64,000 nucleotides of DNA from Eledone cirrhosa (lineage: Eukaryota): positions 213,280,001 through 213,344,000 of the forward strand of contig OZ024742.1 in assembly GCA_964016885.1 (NCBI GenBank), written 5' to 3'. The notes under the pieces are model-generated. The model saw nothing but the letters and a program-made list of their open reading frames with translations, searched no databases and was not told where the DNA came from. A program made the translations under genes and the position numbers. This document shows positions 26,291-37,622 of the stretch, piece by piece (position 1 is the stretch's first letter; each line of letters starts with the position of its first letter).

Positions 26291-29200
26291 AAAACATGCA
26301 TACACATACATAAATACAAGAAACAAAAAACTGTTAAACATTGTGTACAACAACAATCTAATAAAAACACAAGGGCCTAACTTCACCCAGGCAGGGGATT
26401 TCCCCCACCTCAAAATGATTAAGGCCCCACAGGACACCTATAAAACTTTAAAAAACAATTTTAAAGAGGACGTGGGTCCCCCCTGCGTCGGGCCCATTAA
26501 CCGCGTCCTCCTAAAAAACTATCCCACCCCCTCCCCAAACACCCACACAACTCCAAGCTCCCCAACCACACAACACACTGATGCCCCCACACTTCCACAA
26601 ACCACCACCCCACCCAACAACCCATCCCCACCCTAATGGAAATTGTGCAGCCCGATACCCGGGACGCAGAGAGGTAAGTGCCTTTTCTCTTCACCACCAA
26701 CATGGCTATGCTAAGAGTAGGCTGTTTAAATGCGCGTGGCCTGGGCTCAACTTGGAAGCAAGCAATGCTTCTAAATGACCTCAGGTCACAACGTATAGAT
26801 GTGATGGTTATTTGCGAGGCCCGGATCAGCAACGTGCGACAGCTGGCCCCCACCTTTGATGACTTTGAGATGCACGCATCTCTCTGTCAGCCCGGAGGTG
26901 GGGGTGGAGTTGTCGTTCTGCTGCAAAAACATCTGGGTCTCGCAACACAGATGGTACATTTGGACCCGGAGGGTCGACTAGTGGTTCTGGACCTTGGCAG
27001 TGGTAAAGGCGGAGCGTTTAGGTTGGTAGCCGCCTACGGCCCTTTCGGGTCAATGCGGCCGGACTTCTTCCATCGTCTGGAGACTTTTCTAGGGACGTCC
27101 CGCTCCTTGCTATTAGTGGGGGACTGGAATGGTATCCTAGATGCACGCTGGGACTACGTAGGGGCCTGCCCCGATAGAGAGGGGTGTAATAGCCTCAAAG
27201 GGTTAATCGGTCGATTTGACCTGGCCGATAGATATCGACTAGATTTTCCGACTGCGCCAACCTGGACTTGGGCAAATCGTAGCGGATCATCTAGGTCGTA
27301 CCTAGATAGGTTCTTAGTTAGAATTAAGGATAAGGACATTTTAAGTTGTCCAAAAATACGCATGGTTGGCTATTCAGACCACAAATTAGTGACCTGCATG
27401 GTCAACCTTGACAGAACTCATAGACAGGGCCCCGGTTACTGGAAGCTCAACTTGTCCTTGCCGGCAAGTAGAGCCTACAGGAATCGGATTAGTACGTTAG
27501 TTAAGGAACGGTTGACTGGAGCGATCGTCAACAGCAGGTGGTGGGTATCTCTAAAGAGAGAGATTAGAGTAGTCTCGATAGAATTTAGTAAGGTTCTAGC
27601 TGCGGATAGGAATAGGAAGGAAAGGGAGCTAATAGATAGAGTAGAAGAGGCAATTAGAAGCGGCGACGTGGCCAGAGTGCTAGCGTCGAGAACGGCTTTG
27701 AGCCAGTTTTTCGACGCGAAGCACGAAGGCTGCGTTGTCCGAAGTAAAATACGTGCTCTAGGGAACGAGGGGACCAAAGCTGTTAGCTGGGCCCGCGTGA
27801 CAGAGGCCAACAGTGGAACTAAATCCACCATCCGGTCTTTGCGAGACCTGGATGGACGGGCGATTCTTGAGCCTAAGCAGATGTGTGAGGCCTTTCAAAG
27901 GCACTTTGCCCGACTGTTCGGGAGGGGCGGGGAGCCGGTTGGGAACGTGGACTTCGGTCCATACCTCGACGGCCTGCCGCGCCTCTCGGACAGGGAGGCG
28001 AAGTCCTGCGAGGAGCCGATTTCGGCCGCTGAGATAGAGGATGTGCTGAGCCAATGCGGCAAACGCAAATCCCCGGGTCTCGATGGTCTTCCTTACGAAT
28101 TATATCTAGCTATGCCGGACTTGTTCCCCGATCTCCTCGAGGCGGTCTACTGCAACTGGCAACAGAACGGGAGAATTCCCTGTACTGTGACCAAGGGCGT
28201 AGTCACGCTAGTGAGGAAGGACGAGAACAAGGGGGACGAAATAAGTAACTTCAGGCCCATAACTCTGCTAAATACAGAGTTACAGATTTTGGCCAAGGTG
28301 ATAGCAAAGAGGTTGGCGCTTGTCGTGGGCAACCTGGTGGGAGATGCGCAGACATGCGCTATCCCGTCCAGGTCCATCCATGACAACCTCCACCTCATGC
28401 GATACATCATAGAGAGGGTTGGGAACGAACCCGGCTTTGGTGGGGCTCTGATCAACTTGGATCAATCTAAGGCGTTCGATAGGGTCGACCATGGTTACCT
28501 GGATGCGGTGCTAGCGGCGGCAGGCTTCGGACCCGTTTTCAGGGGCTGGATCACTGCTATGCACAGCAGCCGCATCTGCTCTAGGGTCAAGGTGAACGGC
28601 TACCTCTCGGAGCCGTTCAAAATCGCGCGGTCCATCCGACAAGGGTGCCCTCTCTCCTCCCTTCTGTATGTGTTGACTCTCGAGCCACTACTGCGGAAGC
28701 TGGAGTTGTTGCAGGGCATCCCGTTGGAACCGGGTTTGCGGAAAGCGGTGTCGGCCTACGCCGATGACGTGACAGTAATGGTGTCGACGGCCTCCGAAAT
28801 CGAGGCGGTCGGCACCTTACTGGAGGAGTACGAAAAGTTCACAGGGGCTAAGCTGAACCGGGACAAGTCGATCGGTTTGCAACTCGGCACGTGGAGGGGC
28901 AGACCGATGCCCTCCGATGGCGTCGTCGGACGCTGGACGGAGGGCCCGGTGAAGTTGCTCGGGGTCTGGTTCGGACCGGACCTCCAGGTGGAGAAAAACT
29001 GGGCGGAGGTTACGAACAGGGTGTTTGCACTGACCCAGAAGTGGGCCAGTTGCAAACTATCCCTGAAAGATCGGGCGGAGGTGGCGAACACCTACATAGC
29101 GTCCGTCATCTACTACCGCCTGACCGTAGTGCCCTGCCCAAGGGAAACCCTCACCAGGATGGAGCGCGCGCTCTTCCAATTCCTTTGGAAGAGGCGGGCT

Positions 29201-30386
29201 CCTATGGTGAGGAGATCCATCTGCTGTCAACACCCTTCGAAAGGAGGGCTGGGGATGCCGTGGCTAATGATGCGTAAACACGCATTAAGGCTACGGCACC
29301 TCTACGTATTCCTCACCGGACAACCGGTGTGGGCCTCGTTTGTGAGACGAACCTTTCCCAGACTCGTCTCACTCACCGAGCTGCAATCCTGGGTCAAGCA
29401 AAGACCGAGAAAACTGGGCGCCTGGCACACTGAGTGTGCTCAGGCGCTCACCGCCCTCTGGCAGGCGGATCCGGTTATCAGTGGAGACTCCACCGCAACA
29501 TTCTATAGAGGGCTGGTACGCAGCAGGTGCGACGACGCCCTCGGAGAAGCCCTAGACATGGAGGAGGACGAACTGGCCAGCCTGTTCGGTAGGACATTCA
29601 GCCCGGGACCTATGGACAACTTCCAGAAGTCCCTGGCCTGGCAGTGCTACCGAGGGGCTTTACCCGTTCGAGAAAGGCTCTACAGACACGGGCGCCCGGG
29701 TAGGGACCCCGCCAAAAAGATCTGTCCCAGATGCGTGTGCGACGAGGAAACCGTTGCACACGCATTGGTACACTGCTCGGGCGTAGCCGATCTGTGGGGC
29801 TATGTCGAACAACTGCTGTCAAGGGTGGGACCGATCCGGTTGTAATGATCAAGCCGCCTCCCCCCTTCAAAGATGAAGCAGAGGCGGTGTTTCTGTGCGT
29901 AATAGCCATGGCGAAAGAGGTTGTATGGTGGACGCGTCTGAAAGGACTGAGGTCGGGCACCTTTCTCTCTGGCCAACAACTGGTCCGTTTCTTCCGATAT
30001 CATTTCGGAAGAAGGATCAGGATGGAGAGAGAGGTGCTGCACCCCAGCCGTTTCTATGAAAGATGGGTGAAAGTGGCGAGAATGGCCCGTGTGAATGGGC
30101 CTTCACTCTACATCAGACTATAGGTGAGGAAGATGAAAGACCAAGGGAGCACCCCTTCTCTGTGCTCCTGAGGAGAAGGGTTGCACACCTTTTTCGGGGG
30201 TGTGTGCGACCCCCCAAGGCGCCTCCTCTCTATTGAGGATTTTGTTAAAAATTTTATTTTTTGTTATATCTTATTTTATTTTTATATTTTGTTATTGCCT
30301 CCTCCTTATTGAGGACGCCTTTTTGTGTAAACTCCTCCTTTGTACTTGTCCCACTTTTGATGCCCTAGTGGCAAATAAAAGAAATA
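26291..30386 (+). mobile_element. Tx1/L1-clade LINE, unit 2 (young subfamily B), 5'-truncated in ORF1
   Basis: Near-identical to 37211-41314; AATAAA at 30374 then TATC. Confidence 0.95.
26702..30123 (+). pseudogene. ORF2 (APE endonuclease, RT, zinc finger), frameshifted near the C-terminus by a 16-bp deletion
   Basis: Open to 29845; lacks accaccgagtctattg relative to 40755-40770; the C-terminus continues in another frame to TAG 30123. Confidence 0.9.
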
Positions 30387-30390
30387 TATC

Positions 30391-30446
<56 letters not shown>

Positions 30447-30447
<1 letters not shown>

Positions 30448-33400
30448 GTCGTAGGATGTACACAATTTATCTGGTAAGTTTCAGTCAATTTATTTATAAA
30501 AAAACAGAACTTCTTGTTAAAAAACACACATAGTTTTGTAGATTAACCCCCAGGCTGAATTGGGTGGCAATCTCATTTTTCGCCTCAACAGGGGCGAAAA
30601 TTTAATTTGAAAACTGTAAAAAATCTTTTAATATTTTGCCATCAGCAATGGCTAGTGTAGAAGTAACGCTAGCGAGCGCTGAGAAAGAAAAAAGAAAGAA
30701 ATGAATAGACTTTAACGTTGCTACGAGCTCTGCCTGTATCATTGAAACAAGAGAATAAAGACAACACAGTTTTGTTTCACGAAAGTGAAATATGCAATAA
30801 AAACAAAATTGAACCACACTGTACAACAAACACCAAAAGTTACAGAAAATAAAATAATTGACATAACTACAAACGAAAAAAATGACAACAACAACAACAC
30901 TCAAAAAGTAACTTTTACAGAAACAGTTACAAATGAAATAAACTTTCACGTTGCTTCAATCTCTGCATGTATCGGCGTCACTATGGAAGCCAACAAGGGC
31001 AACAAACTTTTGTTTCACGAAAGTGAAGTATGTAATAAAAACAAAATTGAACCACGCTGTGTACAACAGACACCAAAAACAACAGAAAATAAAACAATTG
31101 ACACAGCTACAAACGGAAAAACCGACAACCACAGCAACCACAACAACTACATTAAAAGACAACAACTTTTGCATAAGCAGTCATGAACAAACAAGATTTC
31201 AAGGAACTCGATATCTCCAATGCGAGACAGATGCTCTCTGAACCAAAGGAATTTATCATTTTCGGAGAAACACTTCGAAGGACAGTTACCTTCAGAACTG
31301 TTTCAATCGAAACAAGAAAACTGGCATTCCTCACTCAAGGGGAAATTGAAGCAACCTTGAAGGAGATATTGCCGGAAATAGATTTCATGCAAAGGGCCAA
31401 ACAATATGGAAGCATTTCGGTGCTCCTCAAAAGCTAGGCCCTCGCCCAGAAGTATTCAGTGATGCCGATCAGTTCGAACAAATACACGTTTTTCCCTACT
31501 TACCTGGGAAAAAGAACTCAGAAAATCAAAATATCCAACATACCACCAAATATTAATATTTGGTCGATATTAGCAGGTTTTTTAGAGGAGGAATAGAACA
31601 CCATTCTCTCCACCAAGAAGTCAGCCAGTAACACGTGGTCTGGTACAAATTTAGAGATTCTGGTGCAAATGAGGCCGGAGAGAATCTCCAAAATACCCGA
31701 AAAATCCTGATCGACAACAACAGAAACATAAACATTTCAGTTGAAGGTTGGGAAACCACACTGCTTTCGATGTAACAGCACATCACATCTAAAGGCCTCC
31801 TGCTCCTTACAGACACGCTTTAACAAAACAATCCAAAAGAAAATACTGTTACCAACAGCAACACCAAAACAACCACCACCACCACCACCACCACAACAAC
31901 AAAAACAACACACAAAACAATCAAACACACCAAAACAAACAGCCACTCAACCAACAACCACAGAAAAAACACAGGCAATTCCCCCGAAGAACACAGTCCC
32001 ACCCCATGCCACTCCATCCAATACTACCGCAAACACACACATACAAAAACCATCACAACACAACATATCCCTACTGCAAACTCCTGATGACGATTCATCG
32101 TCAGACGAGGCTACTTCATCCCAAAATGAAGATGAAAGACAGCCCCGAAAATAAAAAAATAAAAAAATAAAAAAGAGGCACCACAAAGCCACCAACACAC
32201 CAATCACCAACACCAACACACAACCACCGACACAAACAACAACACAAACGACACCACAATCAAACATCCCTCTACCAGCAAAACCAACACCAACACCACC
32301 CCAAACACAAGCACCCACTATAAAAAGAAAACTCCCGGACGAGCAACAAACAAAAACAACATAAAAACACAAACAACAATACGCATACTTCAACACCAAC
32401 AACAAGAATTTGATGGAGGTCATCTCCCAAAACCCCAAGGTGGAGACCGAGGGTAAAACTTTGGGCAACTACTGTCAAGAACCAATCAACCGCGTCCTGT
32501 TAAAATGTTTCCCCACCCCACCCAACACCCCACCAGCACCCAAATGTAGATCGAACAACCCGGTCTCCAGGAAATGAAAAGGTAAGTGCATCTTTTCGTC
32601 CTTTTCGCCAACTCTTCTCCACCAACATGGCTAATTTACGAGTTGGAAGTGTGAATGTGCGTGGCCTAGGGATGCCCTGGAAACAGGGCCAACTTTTATA
32701 CGACCTTAGGTCACACGATATGGGTGTGATAGCCATCACCTAGTCCAGGATTCACAACAGGCAGCAGCTAACCCCATCTTCAATGACTTTGAGATCTACG
32801 CATCTCTCTGTCATCCAGGAGGTGGAGGGGGAGTGACTGTCATGTTTCGGAAAAAACTGGACCTCGAAGTACAGCAAGTACACTTGGACGCGAAGGGTAG
32901 ACTGGTCGTCCTAGACGTGAACGGTGTTGGAGGTGGAGCCTTCAGACTGATGGCCGTTTATGCCCCGGCTGGGAAATCGCGGCCAGACTTCTTTAAGCGT
33001 CTAGAGTCTTTTCTGGGAACGTCTCGCTCCTTGCTTTTAGGGGGGACTGGAATGGTATCTTATATGCACGATGGGACTATGTAGGAATATGTCCCAGTAG
33101 AGGGGGTTCCACAGCGTCAAAAATTTAATCGGCCAATTCCAACTGGCCGATAGGTATCGACTGGATTTCCCGACTGCACCACAGTGGATGTGGACAAACC
33201 TCAGCGGGACATCTAGATCGTATTTAGACAGGTTCTTTGTTAGAGAGAGAGACAAGATGTTAAGCTGTCCACAAATGCACATGGTTGCCTATTCAGACCA
33301 CAAAATAGTCATCTGCATAGTCAACCGTGATAGAATACATATACAAAGACCCGGATACTGGAAGCTGAACGTGTCGCTACCGACACGTAAAGCCTACAGT

Positions 33401-36156
33401 GAACGGATAAGTAGATTAGTTAAGCAACAATTGACGGGAGCGATCGTCAACAATAGATGGTGGTACACCCTCAAGAGAGCAATTAGAGTAGAGTCGATAT
33501 ACTTTAGCAGAGAGTTAGCCTTAGAGAAAAACAAAACAGAAACGGAGCTAGTAACCAAGGTAGATGCGGCGCTTAGGAGTGGAAACGTAGCTAGAGTGCT
33601 AGCAACAAGAACGGCACTGGACCAGTTCTTTGACGCGAAACACGAAGGCTGCGTGGTCAGAAGTAAATCACGTGCTCTAGGAAATCAGGGAGCAAAAGCT
33701 GTTAGCTGGGCCCGAGTTCCACGATTCGGTCTGTGAAAGACCAAAACGGACGCGTGCTACTTGACCCCAAGTAGATGTGCGCGGCCTTTCAGCGGCACTT
33801 TGCGCAACTGTTCGAGCAGAGTGGCGGTGCGTCGAACGGGGCAATGGACATCGGTTCATACCTCGACGGCCTGCCGCGTCTCTCGAGCATGGGCGCCGAG
33901 TTCTGCGAAAGACCCAACACAGCCACTGAGATACGGGACGCTCTGGGCCGCTGCGAGGAACGCAAATCACCCGGTCTAGATGGTCTACCCTATGAGTATT
34001 ACATAGGCATGCCGGACTTGTTCTCTGGTGTCCTCGAAGCCGTCTACTGCAACTGGCAGCAGAACGGGAGAATTCCCATTTCTGCAGGCAGGGGCGTAGT
34101 AACGCTGATCAGGAAAGACGAGAACAAAGGGGACGAACTAAGCAACTTCAGGCCCATAATTCTACTCAACACAGAGTTAAAGATTTTGGCCAAGGGGTTG
34201 GCAACGAGGTTGGCGCTTGTCGTCGAGAATCTGGTAGGGAAAGCGCAAACGTGTGCAATCCCGACCAGGTCCATACACGACAACTTCCACCCCATACGAT
34301 ACATCATAGAGAGGGTGGGGATTTAAACCCGGCTTCGGTGGGTCTTTGATCAGTGTAAGGCGTTCGAGAGGGTCGACCATCGATACTTAGAAGCGGTTCT
34401 CAAGGCGGCCGGTTTCGGACTCCTCTTCAGGGACTTGATCGACGCAATTTACACAAACATCTGCTCGACGGTCAAGGTGAACGGCTACCTATTGGAGCCG
34501 TTCGCAGTCACGTGTTCCATCCGACAGGGATGCCCTCTCTCCTCCATTCTGTACGTATTGACTCTAGAGCCACTACTGCGAAAAGCGGCGTCGGCTTATG
34601 CCGACGACGTCACAGTAATGGTGTCGGAAACCTCGGAATTCGGGGCGATCGGCAACTTACTGCAGGAATACGAAAGGCTCACAGGAGCAAAACTGATCCC
34701 GGACAAATATGTCGGTTTGCAACTCGGAGAGTGGAGAGGCAAACCGATGCCGTCTGACAACATCGTCGGACGCTGGATGGACGGACCGGTGAAATTGCTC
34801 GGGGTCTGGTTCGGTCCGGACCTCCAGGTGGAGAAAAACTGGAACGAGGTCACGACCAAGGTATTTGCGCTCACCTAGAAGTGGGCAGAGTGCAAACTAT
34901 CCTTGAAAGGTCGAGCGGAGATGCCGAACACTTTCATTGCGTCCGTCATCTACTACCGCTTGACCGTCGTGCCTTGTCCCCGTGAATACATCACCAAGAT
35001 GGAACGCATGCTCTTCCAGTTCCTTTGGAAGAAGCAGGCTCCTCTGGTGAGGAGATCCGTCTGCTGTCAGCACCCTTCCAACGGAGAGCTGGGGATGCCG
35101 TGGCTGATGATGCGCAAACACGCGCTGAGGCTACGGCATCTACAGGTATTCGTCACCGACCAACCGGTGTGGGCACCGTTTGTGAGACAGGCCTTCCCGC
35201 AACTTGTCTCGCTGGCGGAGCTTTAGTCCTGGGTCAAGCGGAGACCGAAGATGATGGGCGCCTGGCACATTGAGTGCGCTCACAGTCCTCTGTCCTCAGT
35301 CACAAGGGCGACAACGTACACGGAGAGACTCTAGGCGTCGAAGTTGATGAACTCTCCAGTCTGGAGGGACTTTCCGCCCGGGACCTATGGACAACTTCCA
35401 GAGGTCCCTGGCCTGGCAGTGCTACCGAGGAGCTGTACCAATTCGTGACAAGATCTACAGGCACGGACGCCCCGGCAGGGATCCTTCCAACAGGACGTGT
35501 CCAAGAATCGGGCAGGTCTTTGAAACTGTCTTGCACGCAATTGTACACTGCCCGGGCGTAACTGACCTGTGGAACTACGCAGAACAACTGCTGGTGCGTA
35601 TGGGACAATTCCAGTTGACTGTCGAGTCCATAGTAAGGATCAAACCGCCAATTTCTTTCAAAAACGAAAGAGAGGCGGTTTTCCCATGTATAGTGGCTAT
35701 GGTGAAGGTGAAACAGGTTATATGATGGACGAAGTTGAGAGGACTGACGATAGATGCCTTTCTCTCCGGATAACAACTCATTCCCTTCTTTAGGTACCAC
35801 GTTAGAAGGAGAATCAGAGTGGAGAGAGAGGCACTGCACCCCAGTAAATTTACTGTAAGGTGGATGAATGTGGAAAAAATGGCCCGAGTGATTGGGCCTT
35901 CTGTGTATATAAACCTGTAGGTTGAAGAAGAGAGCAAAAGGAAGAAAGGAGCACTTGCACCACACGCTCCTGAAGTTGAGGGTTTTTCTATCTACGGAGT
36001 ATCAAACAACCCATTTGTGGCGCCTCCCCGCTATTGGGGATTTCGATTGTTATATTTTAATGTTAAAACCTTTTTACACGACTGTATGTTAAATCCCCGT
36101 CATATGTCTTTGTAGTGTCCCCTTTTCTTCTGTTCCCTTGTGGCAAATAAAGAAAA
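30447..36156 (+). mobile_element. Tx1/L1-clade LINE, unit 3 (subfamily A), apparently full length, decayed
   Basis: 5'UTR, ORF1 remnants (ATG 30648; CFRCNSTSHLKASC; TAA 32583), ORF2 remnants 32627-35920, AATAAA 36146. Confidence 0.92.
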
Positions 36157-36176
36157 TCTATCTATCTATCTATCTG

Positions 36177-37598
36177 CCAGTAGATATAACAAAAGCGAAG
36201 GAGCTACTGGCGGATGCGAAAAAATATATAGTGTACGGAGAAAATGGTTCATTCACAATCCATTCCCTCCCGGAACTAAAAAGCCAGAGACTCCTAAACA
36301 CGGTCATGTTTAGGACAATCTCGAACAAAAGTAAAATACCAGCTCAACCATCACAGAGCGAGATAGAGCTGGTTTTAAAAGACGTCATGAAGGACATCAC
36401 CTTCATTCAGAAGGATAGACTCTACGGGAGTCTATCCATTCTCATGAAGGACAGGGACACAGCAGTGAAACTGTCCATCAAACCAATCACATCCACCGCA
36501 TACACCTTCTACCCTACGTACATGGGTAGAAGAACACAAAAAATAAAAATCCACACCATCCTGCCGATTATGGACATATGGTGGGTTTTGACAGGTTTTC
36601 TGGACCTGGAGGATGACATGCTGGTGTCCATGGGAAAGGCATCGGGTGACGCGTTCAGTGGAACGAGCCTCGAACTTGTAGTTCAAATGAGGCCCGAAAG
36701 GATCGCCCAGATCCCTGAACGCGTCATACTGGATGATCTAACCTTCATCAACATTACCGTTGAGGGTAGACGGCCCTCGTGTTACCTCTGCGGAACCAGA
36801 GGTCACCTGAGGGCTGTCTGTCCCCAACTTAATAAGAAAACCCCAATCCTGCCTACACCACCAACAACTGCACAACCAACACAATCACCACAACTACCAC
36901 TACAAAAACAACCACCACAGTTCAAACCAAAACAAAACAATGTCCAACCCATCCCCTCCACTCAAAAAACAAAAACAATTTCCAAAACACCCGTACCGCA
37001 AACACAACCCGAAAATATACCCCTCCCCTCCAACGCGGAAGATGACCCTAGTTCGTCGTCAGACGAGGAGGAGCACTTCCACACAATCAAAAGAAAAAAA
37101 AGAAAACACACCTCAGACATACAAATGAAAAAAACCCCTCCCCAAAACATAACACTGACACCAACACAAAAGAGCTCACAACAGCAAACAAAAAACACCA
37201 CACAAAAACAAAAACATGCATACACATACATAAACACAAGAAACAAAAAACTGTTAAACATTGTGTACAACAACAATCTAATAAAAACACAAGGGCCTAA
37301 CTTCACCCAGGCAGGGGATTTCCCCCACCTCAAAATGATTAAGGCCCCACAGGACACCTATAAAACTTTAAAAAACAATTTTAAAGAGGACGTGGGTCCC
37401 CCCTGCGTCGGGCCCATTAACCGCGTCCTCCTAAAAAACTATCCCACTCCCTCCCCAAACACCCACACAACTCCAAGCTCCCCAACCACACAACACACTG
37501 ATGCCCCCACACTTCCACAAACCACCACCCCACCCAACAACCCATCCCCCACCCTAATGGAAATTGTGCAGCCCGATACCCGGGAAGCAGAGAGGTAA
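36177..37598 (+). CDS. ORF1 (gag-like nucleic-acid-binding protein), N-terminally truncated; CCHC knuckle, P/Q/T-rich linker, acidic patch and basic NLS-like run
   Basis: CYLCGTRGHLRAVC, SSSSDEEE, KRKKRK; the first 13 residues of the listed 486-aa ORF derive from the upstream 3' end and TATC tract. Confidence 0.85.
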   Translation, partial: PVDITKAKELLADAKKYIVYGENGSFTIHSLPELKSQRLLNTVMFRTISNKSKIPAQPSQSEIELVLKDVMKDITFIQKDRLYGSLSILMKDRDTAVKLSIKPITSTAYTFYPTYMGRRTQKIKIHTILPIMDIWWVLTGFLDLEDDMLVSMGKASGDAFSGTSLELVVQMRPERIAQIPERVILDDLTFINITVEGRRPSCYLCGTRGHLRAVCPQLNKKTPILPTPPTTAQPTQSPQLPLQKQPPQFKPKQNNVQPIPSTQKTKTISKTPVPQTQPENIPLPSNAEDDPSSSSDEEEHFHTIKRKKRKHTSDIQMKKTPPQNITLTPTQKSSQQQTKNTTQKQKHAYTYINTRNKKLLNIVYNNNLIKTQGPNFTQAGDFPHLKMIKAPQDTYKTLKNNFKEDVGPPCVGPINRVLLKNYPTPSPNTHTTPSSPTTQHTDAPTLPQTTTPPNNPSPTLMEIVQPDTREAER

Positions 37599-37622
37599 GT
37601 GCCTTTTCTCTTCACCACCAAC

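Noticed and set aside
36138-36176. Apparent N-terminus (MWQIKKIYLSIYL) of the 486-aa ORF1
   Set aside because: Chance read-through from the unit 3 3' end and TATC tract, starting at a non-ATG codon; the real ORF1 start is truncated.
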